The notes beneath the pieces are model-generated. The model was given only the letters and a program-made list of their open reading frames with translations, was not told where the DNA came from and made no database searches. Shown one piece after another: positions 1-8,504 of a DNA stretch of 62,000 nucleotides. Origin of the DNA: Hyalangium minutum (lineage in GTDB: Bacteria; Myxococcota; Myxococcia; Myxococcales; Myxococcaceae); the NCBI RefSeq assembly GCF_000737315.1, contig NZ_JMCB01000002.1:144001-206000 (forward strand). The letters are read 5' to 3'. The stretch's first letter is position 1; each line of letters begins with the position of its first letter. Both the position numbers and the translations under genes were made by a program.

Positions 1-73
1 CATCGGCGTGATCTTCTTGGTGCTGGCCGTTTCGATGGAGTTCATCGCCCGCTGGTTTGCCGCCTGGCTGTAA
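1..73 (+). CDS. 3' end of a membrane protein truncated by the window edge
   Basis: Frame from base 2 reads IGVIFLVLAVSMEFIARWFAAWL then TAA at 71-73. It is hydrophobic with GC-rich third positions. Family not identifiable. Confidence 0.5.
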   Translation, partial: IGVIFLVLAVSMEFIARWFAAWL

Positions 74-188
74 TGGTCCTCAGGGGTGGAGAACCCTATC
101 AGTCGTTATGGAAGCCAGATCGGCCGGATCAGGAGCAACCGTATCGGGAAGCGTGCGATAATCCGTACACTGACTCATTCCAACGAGG

Positions 189-1226
189 TTGCTGTCCATG
201 TCCATCCGCTCTACGAACTCTTCCGGCTCGGGCCTGATCAATCGTCCTGCTACGCAGGACAAGCCCGCCACCCAGGCTCCCGCGCAGAACACTGTCGCTC
301 AGCAGAAGTCCTCTGGCCTGCCGGACCGGCTGCAGAGCACGTTCGAGCGGGGCAACGAGATCAACAAGAACTGGAACAAGAGCTACTCCACTGACCGCGC
401 GATGAACACCCCGAAGCTGCCCTCCAAGGGCCTCGGCGGCGCGCTGGCGGGTCTGCTGGGCAAGCTGCCCAAGTACGAGAAGAGCGGCAGCTTCGAGAAG
501 AGCGTGGCGTACGCGAAGACCGAGGGCAGCTTCGGCGACCCGAACGGCATCGCGTCCGGCAACTACCGCGCCAGCTTCCTCGAGGCCGGCGTGAACGGCA
601 GCGGCTCGGTGGCCTTCGAGAACGGCGCCCTCAAGGCGCACGGCGAGGTGCACGCGCAGGCCACGCTGATCGACGCGGCGGCGGACTTCCGCGCCAAGCT
701 CGGGCCTCTGTCGGCCGAGGGCCAGGGCCACGCGTGGGTGGGCGCCAAGGCGAACGCCTCGGGTGACCTGACCATCGACCCGGTGAACGGCAAGTACGGG
801 CTCGAGGTGGGCGGCGATGCCTTCGTGGGCGCCAAGGCTGGCGTCGAGGGCAAGGTGAGCCTGGGTGAGTACGGCGGCGTCGGTGGCAAGGCCGAGGCCT
901 GGGCCGGCGTGGGTGTGTCCGCCAACGCCTCCGTGAAGCTGGAGAACGGCCGCTTCAAGGCGCGCTTCGAGCTGGGCGCGGCGCTCGGCATCGGCTTCAA
1001 GCTGGGCTTCAACGTCGACATCAACTTCAAGAAGATCGGCGACGCGGTCAAGAACGTCTTCAAGAAGCCGGTGGAGTTCGTGAAGAACATCGGCAGCAAG
1101 GTGGGCGAGGTGTTCAAGGGCGCCGCTGACGCCGTGAAGGACGTGGGTAGCAAGATCGCCGACGGCGTGAAGGCCGTGGGCAGCGCGGTGGGCGGCGCGC
1201 TCAAGAAGGTGTTCAGCGGCTGGTAA
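189..1226 (+). CDS. Gly/Ala-rich hypothetical protein, probably secreted: low-complexity N-terminus, beta-rich core, amphipathic 11-mer repeat tail
   Basis: 345-aa ORF with very strong GC3 bias. The start may be the second Met (MSIRS). There is no classical signal peptide. Confidence 0.8.
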   Translation: MLSMSIRSTNSSGSGLINRPATQDKPATQAPAQNTVAQQKSSGLPDRLQSTFERGNEINKNWNKSYSTDRAMNTPKLPSKGLGGALAGLLGKLPKYEKSGSFEKSVAYAKTEGSFGDPNGIASGNYRASFLEAGVNGSGSVAFENGALKAHGEVHAQATLIDAAADFRAKLGPLSAEGQGHAWVGAKANASGDLTIDPVNGKYGLEVGGDAFVGAKAGVEGKVSLGEYGGVGGKAEAWAGVGVSANASVKLENGRFKARFELGAALGIGFKLGFNVDINFKKIGDAVKNVFKKPVEFVKNIGSKVGEVFKGAADAVKDVGSKIADGVKAVGSAVGGALKKVFSGW

Positions 1227-1255
1227 GCTGAGGCCCAGCGGTCGCTTTCATTCCT

Positions 1256-1286
1256 GAGGGCCCACTTCCTAGCGGAGTGGGCCCTC
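1256..1286 (+). terminator. GC-rich intergenic stem-loop without a U-tract (attenuator or mRNA-stabilising hairpin)
   Basis: GAGGGCCCAC (1256-1265) pairs with GTGGGCCCTC (1277-1286), with inner TCC/GGA pairs around a TAGC loop. Confidence 0.5.
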
Positions 1287-1302
1287 TGCTATTTGGAGAA
1301 GC

Positions 1303-2484
1303 ATGAGCACTCCCAACTTTGAGAAGCTCCTGAAGCAAGGCGACATCGAGAAGGGTCGCAACGAGGCGCAGGCTGCCCTCATGAAGGACCCCAACGATCG
1401 CCGCGCGCTGCTGGCGCTGGCGAAGGTGGCGGCCCTCGAGGGCGATGAGCCGCTGGCCGAGTCGCTCCTGCAGAAGGTGGCGGGCGGCACCGCGGATGAC
1501 GAAGCGGATGCTCAGCTGGTGCGCGCCGCGCTCCACATGCAGAAGGGCGAGTTCGAGCAGGCCGGCGCCATCTACATGAAGCTCGCGGAGGATCCGCCGC
1601 GCGCCGAGGCGCTCTACGGCGTGGGCTACTTCCTCACCGAGGCTGGGCAGAACGAGCTGGCCAAGAAGGCGCTGGTGAAGGCGGTGGAGATGGAGCCGGA
1701 GGTGGGCGTGTACCACTTCCAGCTGGCGCGGGTGCTGTTCGCGATGGGCGAGCTGAAGGGCGCCTTCGAGCACCTGGAGACGTCGCTCAAGCTCAACCCG
1801 GGGCACATCCCCTCGTACGTGGTGATGTCGGTGGCGCTGCAGGCGGGTGGCGAGCTGGAGGCGGCGGAGGACATCCTGCGCTCGGGCTTGAAGGCGTTCC
1901 CGGACGAGCCGCACATGCTGGAGCAGCTGAGCAACGTGCTGGCGGGCAAGGGTGACATCAACGGCGCGGCCGAGGTGGCCGAGCAGCTGGCGAAGGCGCA
2001 GCCCAACCACCCGAGTGCGATTGGCAACCTGGCGCGGTTCCGGATGGCGCAGGGACGGCTGGGCGACGCGCTGTCGCTGTGCCACGCGCTGGCCGAGCGC
2101 GGGATGGCCACGGGGCAGAGCCGCTCGGTGGAGGCCATGGTGTACGAGGCCATGAATCCTCCGGACATCGATGGGGCGCAGGCGGCGTGGCGCGCGGCGG
2201 CGGAGCTGGATCCGGACGACTGGCGGGCGCCGAACAACCTGGGTCTGCTGCTGATGCGTGGGCCGGAGGTGGAGACGATCCGCGAGGGCAGGGATGCGCT
2301 GGAGGAAGCGCACCGCCGCGATCCGGAGCGTCCCGAGCCGCGGCTCAACCTGGCCCTGGCGTGCGTGAAGCTGGGCGACAAGGCCCGGGCGAAGGAGCTG
2401 ACGAAGGACCTGCTGTCGCGCGTCGCGACGCTGGAGCCGGAGCAGCGCGAGCAGGCCGAGCGGCTGGCGAAGCAGCTCGCCTGA
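1303..2484 (+). CDS. Tetratricopeptide repeat protein
   Basis: 393 aa of repeated TPR-like helices (AEALYGVG, YHFQLARVL, APNNLGLLL, PRLNLALA). GGAGA RBS upstream. Confidence 0.85.
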   Translation: MSTPNFEKLLKQGDIEKGRNEAQAALMKDPNDRRALLALAKVAALEGDEPLAESLLQKVAGGTADDEADAQLVRAALHMQKGEFEQAGAIYMKLAEDPPRAEALYGVGYFLTEAGQNELAKKALVKAVEMEPEVGVYHFQLARVLFAMGELKGAFEHLETSLKLNPGHIPSYVVMSVALQAGGELEAAEDILRSGLKAFPDEPHMLEQLSNVLAGKGDINGAAEVAEQLAKAQPNHPSAIGNLARFRMAQGRLGDALSLCHALAERGMATGQSRSVEAMVYEAMNPPDIDGAQAAWRAAAELDPDDWRAPNNLGLLLMRGPEVETIREGRDALEEAHRRDPERPEPRLNLALACVKLGDKARAKELTKDLLSRVATLEPEQREQAERLAKQLA

Positions 2485-2522
2485 GCGGGGGAGCGGAGCT
2501 GGAGCTGGGTGCCCCTGACGCG

Positions 2523-3239
2523 ATGAACAACCCCTCCAGTCGATGGAAGTGGCTGCTGGCGGCAGTGGCGCTGGCGGCCTGCGCGACCACGCCGTTGGGG
2601 AGCGAGGGCCCGGGCTGCGAAGAGGCAGCCGAGGTCGCTCTCTCCGAGGAGGCGTGCGCGGACGAGAGCCGCCTGGTGCCGCTGTGCGCCGGCGAGCAAT
2701 GCGGGCTGTACCGGTGCAGGGAGGTGAAGGAGTTCCTGGTGCTGGGGCGCGTGGTGCTGGCGCGCGGGGCGGCTGCGGTGTTGCCCAACCCCACGGCAGG
2801 AGCCCAGCGCAACTGGGGGAGCGCGCAGGAGTTGCCGCGGGACACGCGGCCTGTGTTCATCATCCCGTGGAGGCACCGGCCGCCGCTGCTGCCCAGTCAG
2901 CAGCAGATGCTGGACGAGGCGGCGAAGGAGCGGAGAAAGCCCCACGAGCAGCACCACATCTTCCCCAGGATGTTCAGGTCCTGGTTTACCCAGCAAGGCA
3001 TCGATATCGACGAGTACGTCATTCTCCTGGAGGTGGAGAAGCATCGGAGCATCCATCGGGGGGCGAACGGTGGACCGTGGAACGATGCCTGGGCTCGGTT
3101 CATCAATAAGCGCAGCAGTGACAGAGTGCCAAAAGAGGAGATCCACAAGTATGCGGGCCAGCTCATCTATGAGTTTGAGCTGTTCGGCCCAGTCATGCGG
3201 TTCAGAAGTCAGTTACCGCCGCTGCCTCTGGGATATTGA
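2523..3239 (+). CDS. sitA6: SitA6-family (TIGR02269/DUF2380-like) polymorphic toxin lipoprotein, copy 1
   Basis: Lipobox LLAAVALAAC, Cys-rich N-terminal region (LCAGEQCGLYRC), and HHIFP...H..IH...WN..W toxin motif. It lies directly upstream of a double-CxxC partner. ATG at 2523 is within the longer listed ORF 2079..3239. Confidence 0.8.
   Translation: MNNPSSRWKWLLAAVALAACATTPLGSEGPGCEEAAEVALSEEACADESRLVPLCAGEQCGLYRCREVKEFLVLGRVVLARGAAAVLPNPTAGAQRNWGSAQELPRDTRPVFIIPWRHRPPLLPSQQQMLDEAAKERRKPHEQHHIFPRMFRSWFTQQGIDIDEYVILLEVEKHRSIHRGANGGPWNDAWARFINKRSSDRVPKEEIHKYAGQLIYEFELFGPVMRFRSQLPPLPLGY
2840..2946 (+). repeat. 107-nt perfect direct repeat shared with 8822..8928, inside the two sitA6 genes
   Basis: Compared base by base from GGACACGCGGCC to AAAGCCCCACG; offset 5982 nt. 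Confidence 0.85.
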
Positions 3240-3245
3240 AGTGCC

Positions 3246-3968
3246 ATGCAGTTCTACTGGCTGAAGAGGGTTGAGAATCCGCAGTGCTCGGGTGGATACG
3301 ACTTCGGGCATCAATGGGGCCTGCCCGGGGTTCATTGCCCTATGTGCAACGACACCTGGGCATCCACAGGAGAGACCTATCCGTCGGTGGATCTGTCCCA
3401 GCTGCCTGCCGAGGAGCAGAGGAAATATCTGCCGCGGGTCGAGGAGAACTATGAGGAATTCGAGCGGTTGCGCGAGCAGGTGCGCCCGCTGGTGCCTCCA
3501 GGCGCTCGGCTCTGGCCCGGGACGCAGTTCGGCCCTTTGATTGGCCGAGCCCAGGGGGAGTTTGGCCCGCTGGTGCTGTTCTACGTGTGGGAGCCGTTGA
3601 TGCGGCGCGAGCCCATGGAGCGCTTGCAGGCGGAGGGCCTGAAGGGCTTGAAGGGGTGCCGTACGGCGCTGCGCTTCCGCAAGAAGAACCCGCCGGAGTT
3701 CCTCGAAATGGAGTTGCTGCTTCGGGGCAGACTGCACCCCGGCTGCCTGCCAGAGCTCACTCCTCCTTGTCCTCAATGCAAGGGGGGCAGCGCGAGCTGG
3801 CCGGAGGAGCCTGTCCTGGACGCGTCCACGCTGCCGCAAGACCTGGACCTGTTCCGGCTGGCCGACTTCATGAGGGTCATCGTCACCGAGCGCTTCGTGG
3901 AGGCGGTGCAGCGCCTGAGCTACGCGCAGGACCTCGCCTTCCAGCAACTGCCAGTGCGCGGCGGTTAG
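3246..3968 (+). CDS. sitI6: SitI6-family double-CXXCG immunity protein, copy 1
   Basis: WGLPGVHCPMC and PCPQC motifs and a C-terminal VTERFVEAV motif. It is adjacent to the toxin. Confidence 0.8.
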   Translation: MQFYWLKRVENPQCSGGYDFGHQWGLPGVHCPMCNDTWASTGETYPSVDLSQLPAEEQRKYLPRVEENYEEFERLREQVRPLVPPGARLWPGTQFGPLIGRAQGEFGPLVLFYVWEPLMRREPMERLQAEGLKGLKGCRTALRFRKKNPPEFLEMELLLRGRLHPGCLPELTPPCPQCKGGSASWPEEPVLDASTLPQDLDLFRLADFMRVIVTERFVEAVQRLSYAQDLAFQQLPVRGG

Positions 3969-4013
3969 CACACGCTTGTCCCCGCACGGGCGTGTGTCTC
4001 GGTGCGCGTCAGG

Positions 4014-5186
4014 TCAGGGCTGTGTGGAAACCTGATCGGGATCAACTCCAGCGTCAGAGTCCGACGCTGCCGCCAGCGGCATGAGCCACTCCCGAGCCAG
4101 ACCGGCGGCCTCGGCCTTGAGCTGGAACACCTCTTCCGCCACGTCCGAGGCCCCTCGATGGCCGAGGGCACGCAGGCGCTGGCGCAGCGCTTGCTCCAGC
4201 TCCGCGGCGCTCGCGTAGCGCTCCGAGGGCTCCGGCCGGAGCAGCTTGTGGAGGATGAAGCGCGTGGGCTCGGGAACCTCGCGGGCGGCCCGCTCCACCT
4301 CGTCGAAGTTCAGGGAGCGGACGCGCTGGAGGAGCTGATCCAGCTCCTGGCCTGCCAGGACGTGCTGGCGTACCCCCAGCTCCTGAACGAACCCCTCCAC
4401 CGCCCCCAGTGCTTCTGGAGGCAGCAGGGCCAGATCCTTGCCCAGCTGCCGCAGGTCCACCTCCTCCTCCCGCCAGAGCAGGTGCTGGCCCGTCAGCAGC
4501 TCCAACAGGATCAGTCCCAGCGCGAAGAGGTCCGAGCGCCCATCCATGGACCGGCGGAGGATCTGCTCGGGCGAGGCATAGACATCGCGCCCGCCCACGC
4601 GGGCCCGCGAGGACGTCTGCCGGCCGCTGAGCTGGGAGCGCGCCAGCCCGAAGTCCAGCAACTTCACCTGCCCCCGCGGGCCGATGCGGATGCGGTCGGG
4701 GTGGAGGCCTCGGTGGATGATGCCCAGTGGTGCTCCCCGCGCATCCGTGAGCGTATGGGCGTGGTGCAGGGCGCTGGCCACCTCGGCGCCCACGTGGAGC
4801 ACGAACGTCTCGGAGCAGTAGCGTCCGCACAGCAACGCGTCGTTGAAGAGCGCGTCCACGGAGTCTCCCTCGACGTACTCCGTGACGGCGTAGAGGGTGC
4901 CCGCGTGCTCGTGCAGCGCGTACAGGCGGGCGATGGCCGGGTGCGAGAGCCGGGTGGCCAGCTGCGCCTCCTCCACCAGCCTCCGGCGCGCCTTGGGTGA
5001 AGCCTCCGCGGCAACGGTCTTGAGCACCACCTGCTCGCCCACCCGGCCCTGGCGGTGGACCCGCGCCAGCAGCAGCCGCTCGCCCCGGGGGCCCTCGCCC
5101 AGCTCCTGGAGGTGCTCATAGCTCACTTCATCCACGCTGAAGAGGAACGCTCCAGGGGCTGTCGCGGCGGGCTTCTTCTTGGACAT
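4014..5186 (-). CDS. Ser/Thr kinase-fold protein, probable pseudokinase
   Basis: VVLK, DFG and Y.SPEQ/DLFALG subdomains are present, but the catalytic loop reads HRGLHPDRI instead of HRD..P.N. AAGGAG RBS upstream. Confidence 0.8.
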   Translation of the reverse strand: MSKKKPAATAPGAFLFSVDEVSYEHLQELGEGPRGERLLLARVHRQGRVGEQVVLKTVAAEASPKARRRLVEEAQLATRLSHPAIARLYALHEHAGTLYAVTEYVEGDSVDALFNDALLCGRYCSETFVLHVGAEVASALHHAHTLTDARGAPLGIIHRGLHPDRIRIGPRGQVKLLDFGLARSQLSGRQTSSRARVGGRDVYASPEQILRRSMDGRSDLFALGLILLELLTGQHLLWREEEVDLRQLGKDLALLPPEALGAVEGFVQELGVRQHVLAGQELDQLLQRVRSLNFDEVERAAREVPEPTRFILHKLLRPEPSERYASAAELEQALRQRLRALGHRGASDVAEEVFQLKAEAAGLAREWLMPLAAASDSDAGVDPDQVSTQP

Positions 5187-5303
5187 GGGCAGGCTCCTTC
5201 GCTCGGCGGCGCGGGCGGGAGACTACCGTGGGCGTGCCTCGTGCGCGAGTGACCTGGTGAGTAGGAGCAGGCCTCGCGCTGCGGCGCTCCGTGTCAAGGG
5301 GCT

Positions 5304-7094
5304 TTACAAATCATAGTACTTGAATTGCTGCTCCCACCGTTTGGCCGGACGGCTCTGGAGGAGGTTACGGAGGAAGGGACCGTCATCGGAGCCCTCACGA
5401 TCGTTCTTCCACCGCTCAATGGGCATGGAGATGAAGCAGACCGGCAGCTTGCGGCCATCCGGAAGCTCCGCCTCGGTCCAACGGGCCCACGCGTTCCCTT
5501 GGACTGGAATCCAGAGCCGACCGTGGAGGAGCGTTCCTTTGGGGAGGTCTTCGAGCTGGCTCTTATACACACGGCTGACCACCTCCCCGCTGCGGAGGGC
5601 CACCACATCTTCTGTGTTAGGCCGTGAGGCGTCGAGAAAGACGAGGAACGGGGATCCCGTATCCGGGGCTTCGGCATAGGGGAACCACTGCCGCTCAATC
5701 ATGGCGGCGACAATCTTGGGCGGACAGTCTCCTGGGGGAGGTGTGGCCTGCATGGTGGCGCACGCTGTGTTCATGGCCGCCACGGCAGCGGGGACCAGCA
5801 GGCACCACTCGGGGGAGCCGGGGGCAGGAGCGCGCTTCGCGTCGGGAGAGAGGGTCTGGCGCTTCTTCATGGGAGGATCGTCCTTGCGCGTGGCAGGTGG
5901 GGGCAGGGCGCTGGTGGAGGGGGAAGGTGGCTCAGTGACGGGTGACGAGCCAGGGGCCAGGGAGGCTTTGGAAGCTTCGGAAGGCGGAGGGGACATTGGC
6001 GCCACGGGTCGCATCCAGGAGGAGAGGGAACTGGCGGCCAGCGCCAGGCCTCCGAGGCCCCCCGCCAGGACCGCGCCCCACGCGAGCCTTCGGGGGAGGC
6101 GTGCAAGCTGAGGCGGGCCTGCTTCCGCGGACACGTCTGGCTCTTCGCTCCCGGCCGGTGCTGGCAACAGCGCCTCCCATGCGGCGCTCCCGTCGTCCAG
6201 GCTGCCCAGATCGCGCTCCAGCGCCTCGGCGGTGGCGTGCCGCTGGCGGGGATCCTTGGACAACAGCCGCATCACCGCCTGGCTCAATGTCACGGGCAGG
6301 AAGGGGTGGAGCTCATGCGGTGGTGTGGGGATGCGCAGCTCGATCTCTGCATCGAGGCGCTGGCGCTCGGCGGCGGAGAAGAAGGGGCTCTGGCCGGTCA
6401 GCAACTCGTAGAAGGTGACGCCCAGCGCATAGAGGTCGTCCGCCGGTTGGAACTCGTACCGGGCTTCAGGGTCCTCCGCGTGCAGCCGGGCGAAGTGCAG
6501 GGACTCCGGGCTGCGATAGACAGGCGTGCCTGGCGGAAGGTGCTCCTGGGTGAGCGGCGTGGAGTGCGCATAGTCCCCCGCGCCCCAATCCACGATGACG
6601 GGCTCTCCATTGGGGCGCACGAGGATATTGGCGGGCTTGAGGTCGCGGTGGAAGATGCCCTGCTGGTGCGCAGTGCCGAGCGCATCCGCGAGCGCGATGA
6701 AGAGCCGCAGCGCCTGACGCAGGGTGGGGCGGTGGCGCAGGGCCCACACGCGCAAGGTGTCCCCCTGCACGAACTCCATGACGAGGTAGAAGTACCCATC
6801 CTCCAGATCTGGCCAGCGCCCATGGGCCAGGACCCTGACGATATGGCGGTGCTGGAGCCGGAGCAGACACGCCAGCTCCCGCTTCATCCGGTCGTCGGTA
6901 CGCTTCCTGTCATGAGGTGCGCTGGCCGCCCGGCGCAGGGCGAACTTCAGCGCGTAGCTCCGGCCCTGGCGCGTCGCGAGATAGACGACACCAAAGCCCC
7001 CGCTGGACAGCCGCTGCTCGAGGCGGAAGCTGTCCACCATGGCCCCGGGGCTCAAGAAGCCCGGGTGGATGAGGTGGGGAGGGGACCCCTTCAT
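5304..7094 (-). CDS. Membrane-anchored Ser/Thr protein kinase with C-terminal extracytoplasmic domain
   Basis: GGFGVVY, YALK, HRDLKPAN, DWG and GTPVYRSPE motifs, then a TM segment (LAWGAVLAGGLGGLALAA), a Pro-rich linker and a C-terminal domain. Confidence 0.9.
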   Translation of the reverse strand: MKGSPPHLIHPGFLSPGAMVDSFRLEQRLSSGGFGVVYLATRQGRSYALKFALRRAASAPHDRKRTDDRMKRELACLLRLQHRHIVRVLAHGRWPDLEDGYFYLVMEFVQGDTLRVWALRHRPTLRQALRLFIALADALGTAHQQGIFHRDLKPANILVRPNGEPVIVDWGAGDYAHSTPLTQEHLPPGTPVYRSPESLHFARLHAEDPEARYEFQPADDLYALGVTFYELLTGQSPFFSAAERQRLDAEIELRIPTPPHELHPFLPVTLSQAVMRLLSKDPRQRHATAEALERDLGSLDDGSAAWEALLPAPAGSEEPDVSAEAGPPQLARLPRRLAWGAVLAGGLGGLALAASSLSSWMRPVAPMSPPPSEASKASLAPGSSPVTEPPSPSTSALPPPATRKDDPPMKKRQTLSPDAKRAPAPGSPEWCLLVPAAVAAMNTACATMQATPPPGDCPPKIVAAMIERQWFPYAEAPDTGSPFLVFLDASRPNTEDVVALRSGEVVSRVYKSQLEDLPKGTLLHGRLWIPVQGNAWARWTEAELPDGRKLPVCFISMPIERWKNDREGSDDGPFLRNLLQSRPAKRWEQQFKYYDL

Positions 7095-8017
7095 GGCGCG
7101 GGCTCAGCGGGGCTCGCGCGATCGTCGCCCGAGAGGCGGGGAAACATGAAAGTCAGGGTCATGGCGGGCTGCTCTTGGGAGGGCACCTTCAGAGACAGAA
7201 TATATTCGCCTCGGGCTGGCGGTTCAGGGCTCAGGACGTCGACCACGACCAGGGCCTCGGGCCGGGGCAGCATGCGCTTCGCGCGCACCCCGCGCACCGT
7301 GAGCTGGTTTGGGGTGGTTGCTGGGGCCGTGAGCGAGGCCTCTTGAAATTCCCAGGGCTGCCCGCTGGGCGGCTGGGGAATGCGCAGGGCAAGCACGAAC
7401 CACCCAGGCCCCGCGTGCACCCACCCGCTGACCTTGAGACTGGAGCGATTCGCGTCCTGGACCTCCGTGATAGTGAGTGGGCTGGTGGAGAGGCCGTGCT
7501 CATCGAGCACACCCGAGACGACAAGGTCCGCCAGGGTGCCCGCCCCTGCCTGAGCCTGGGCCTGGGCGAGCTCCGCCTGGCACGCGGCGAGCGTCTGGAT
7601 GTGCCGGGAGATGTTCACTTGGAGGTCCACCTCGGAGGGCCGCGACACGAGCGCGAGCAGGGCCTCCTGCGGCGTGCTGTCGTCCCGGAAGCGGACGCTG
7701 AGCCACAGCCGTTCATGGGCGTCGAGCTTCACCCGAAGCTGAAGGACGAGAGAGCGCGCGCCGGCATCCACCAGTTGCACGCGCGTGGCATCCAGGACGA
7801 CCGAGTCCTTGTCGATGTCGGCATCGAAGCTCAGCAGGGTGCGCAGGTCTGGTGCCAGGTGGACTTCGGGGACGGGAGCACCTGAGCCCGCCACGGTGAC
7901 ATCGCGCTGTCGCAGGGCGCGAGGGGGCGCAGGTTGGGCTGCGGCGCTGTGGGCGGCCAAGAGAACGGCGAGCATCAACCATCTTGTAGGTAGGGACAGT
8001 GCGAGGTAACCTCCCAC
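7091..8017 (-). CDS. DUF2381 family (myxobacterial TIGR02268-like) exported protein
   Basis: Signal-peptide-like N-terminus, EVHLAPDLRTLLSFD and PSEVDLQVNI motifs. Its stop overlaps the kinase start (ATGA). Start position uncertain. Confidence 0.7.
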   Translation of the reverse strand: MGGYLALSLPTRWLMLAVLLAAHSAAAQPAPPRALRQRDVTVAGSGAPVPEVHLAPDLRTLLSFDADIDKDSVVLDATRVQLVDAGARSLVLQLRVKLDAHERLWLSVRFRDDSTPQEALLALVSRPSEVDLQVNISRHIQTLAACQAELAQAQAQAGAGTLADLVVSGVLDEHGLSTSPLTITEVQDANRSSLKVSGWVHAGPGWFVLALRIPQPPSGQPWEFQEASLTAPATTPNQLTVRGVRAKRMLPRPEALVVVDVLSPEPPARGEYILSLKVPSQEQPAMTLTFMFPRLSGDDRASPAEPAP

Positions 8018-8109
8018 GTAGGAAAGCTAGCACAGCCTCCGCGCGTCCTGGTCATCGGGGCCAGGGCCTCTCTGCAGGGGGCGCGGTGTACTCACGAGGG
8101 GAGCGATTC

Positions 8110-8457
8110 ATGAACCTGGCGCACTGGTGGGCTTCGCGTTGGACGCAGGTGAGAGGGTTGTTCAACAGCAGGGGTTCCTCGCGGACACCTGTCTCGGCAG
8201 GTTCCGGCGAACCGGGGGGTGAGTCGCGCCCCGGCGAGCTGAAAGAGACCTACGGCCGCATCGCTCGCATCGCGACGCATGCGCGGCCGGACGAAGACCG
8301 GAGGATGCAGCTGTGCCGCTGCTCCGTGTGCGGCGTGGTGAAGCTGTGCACGCCTGACAGTGACTTCTACGCGCAGCATGCGTGGGATCCGCTCATGTGC
8401 CAGGACTGCTTCTTCCAACTGGTGGTGGACGTGCAGTGCCGTGGGGTGAAGGCGTAA
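8110..8457 (+). CDS. Small hypothetical protein with C-terminal CxxC...CxxC zinc-finger-like motif
   Basis: 115 aa from ATG 8110 containing CSVC and CQDC. It sits directly upstream of toxin copy 2. Confidence 0.5.
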   Translation: MNLAHWWASRWTQVRGLFNSRGSSRTPVSAGSGEPGGESRPGELKETYGRIARIATHARPDEDRRMQLCRCSVCGVVKLCTPDSDFYAQHAWDPLMCQDCFFQLVVDVQCRGVKA

Positions 8458-8504
8458 GGAAGACTCCGGGGCTCTTGGGGGCGGTGGGATAGGCTCTCGC
8501 TGCG

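Noticed and set aside
5255-5297. TTGACA on the minus strand upstream of the pseudokinase
   Set aside because: No plausible -10 element at 16-18 bp spacing.
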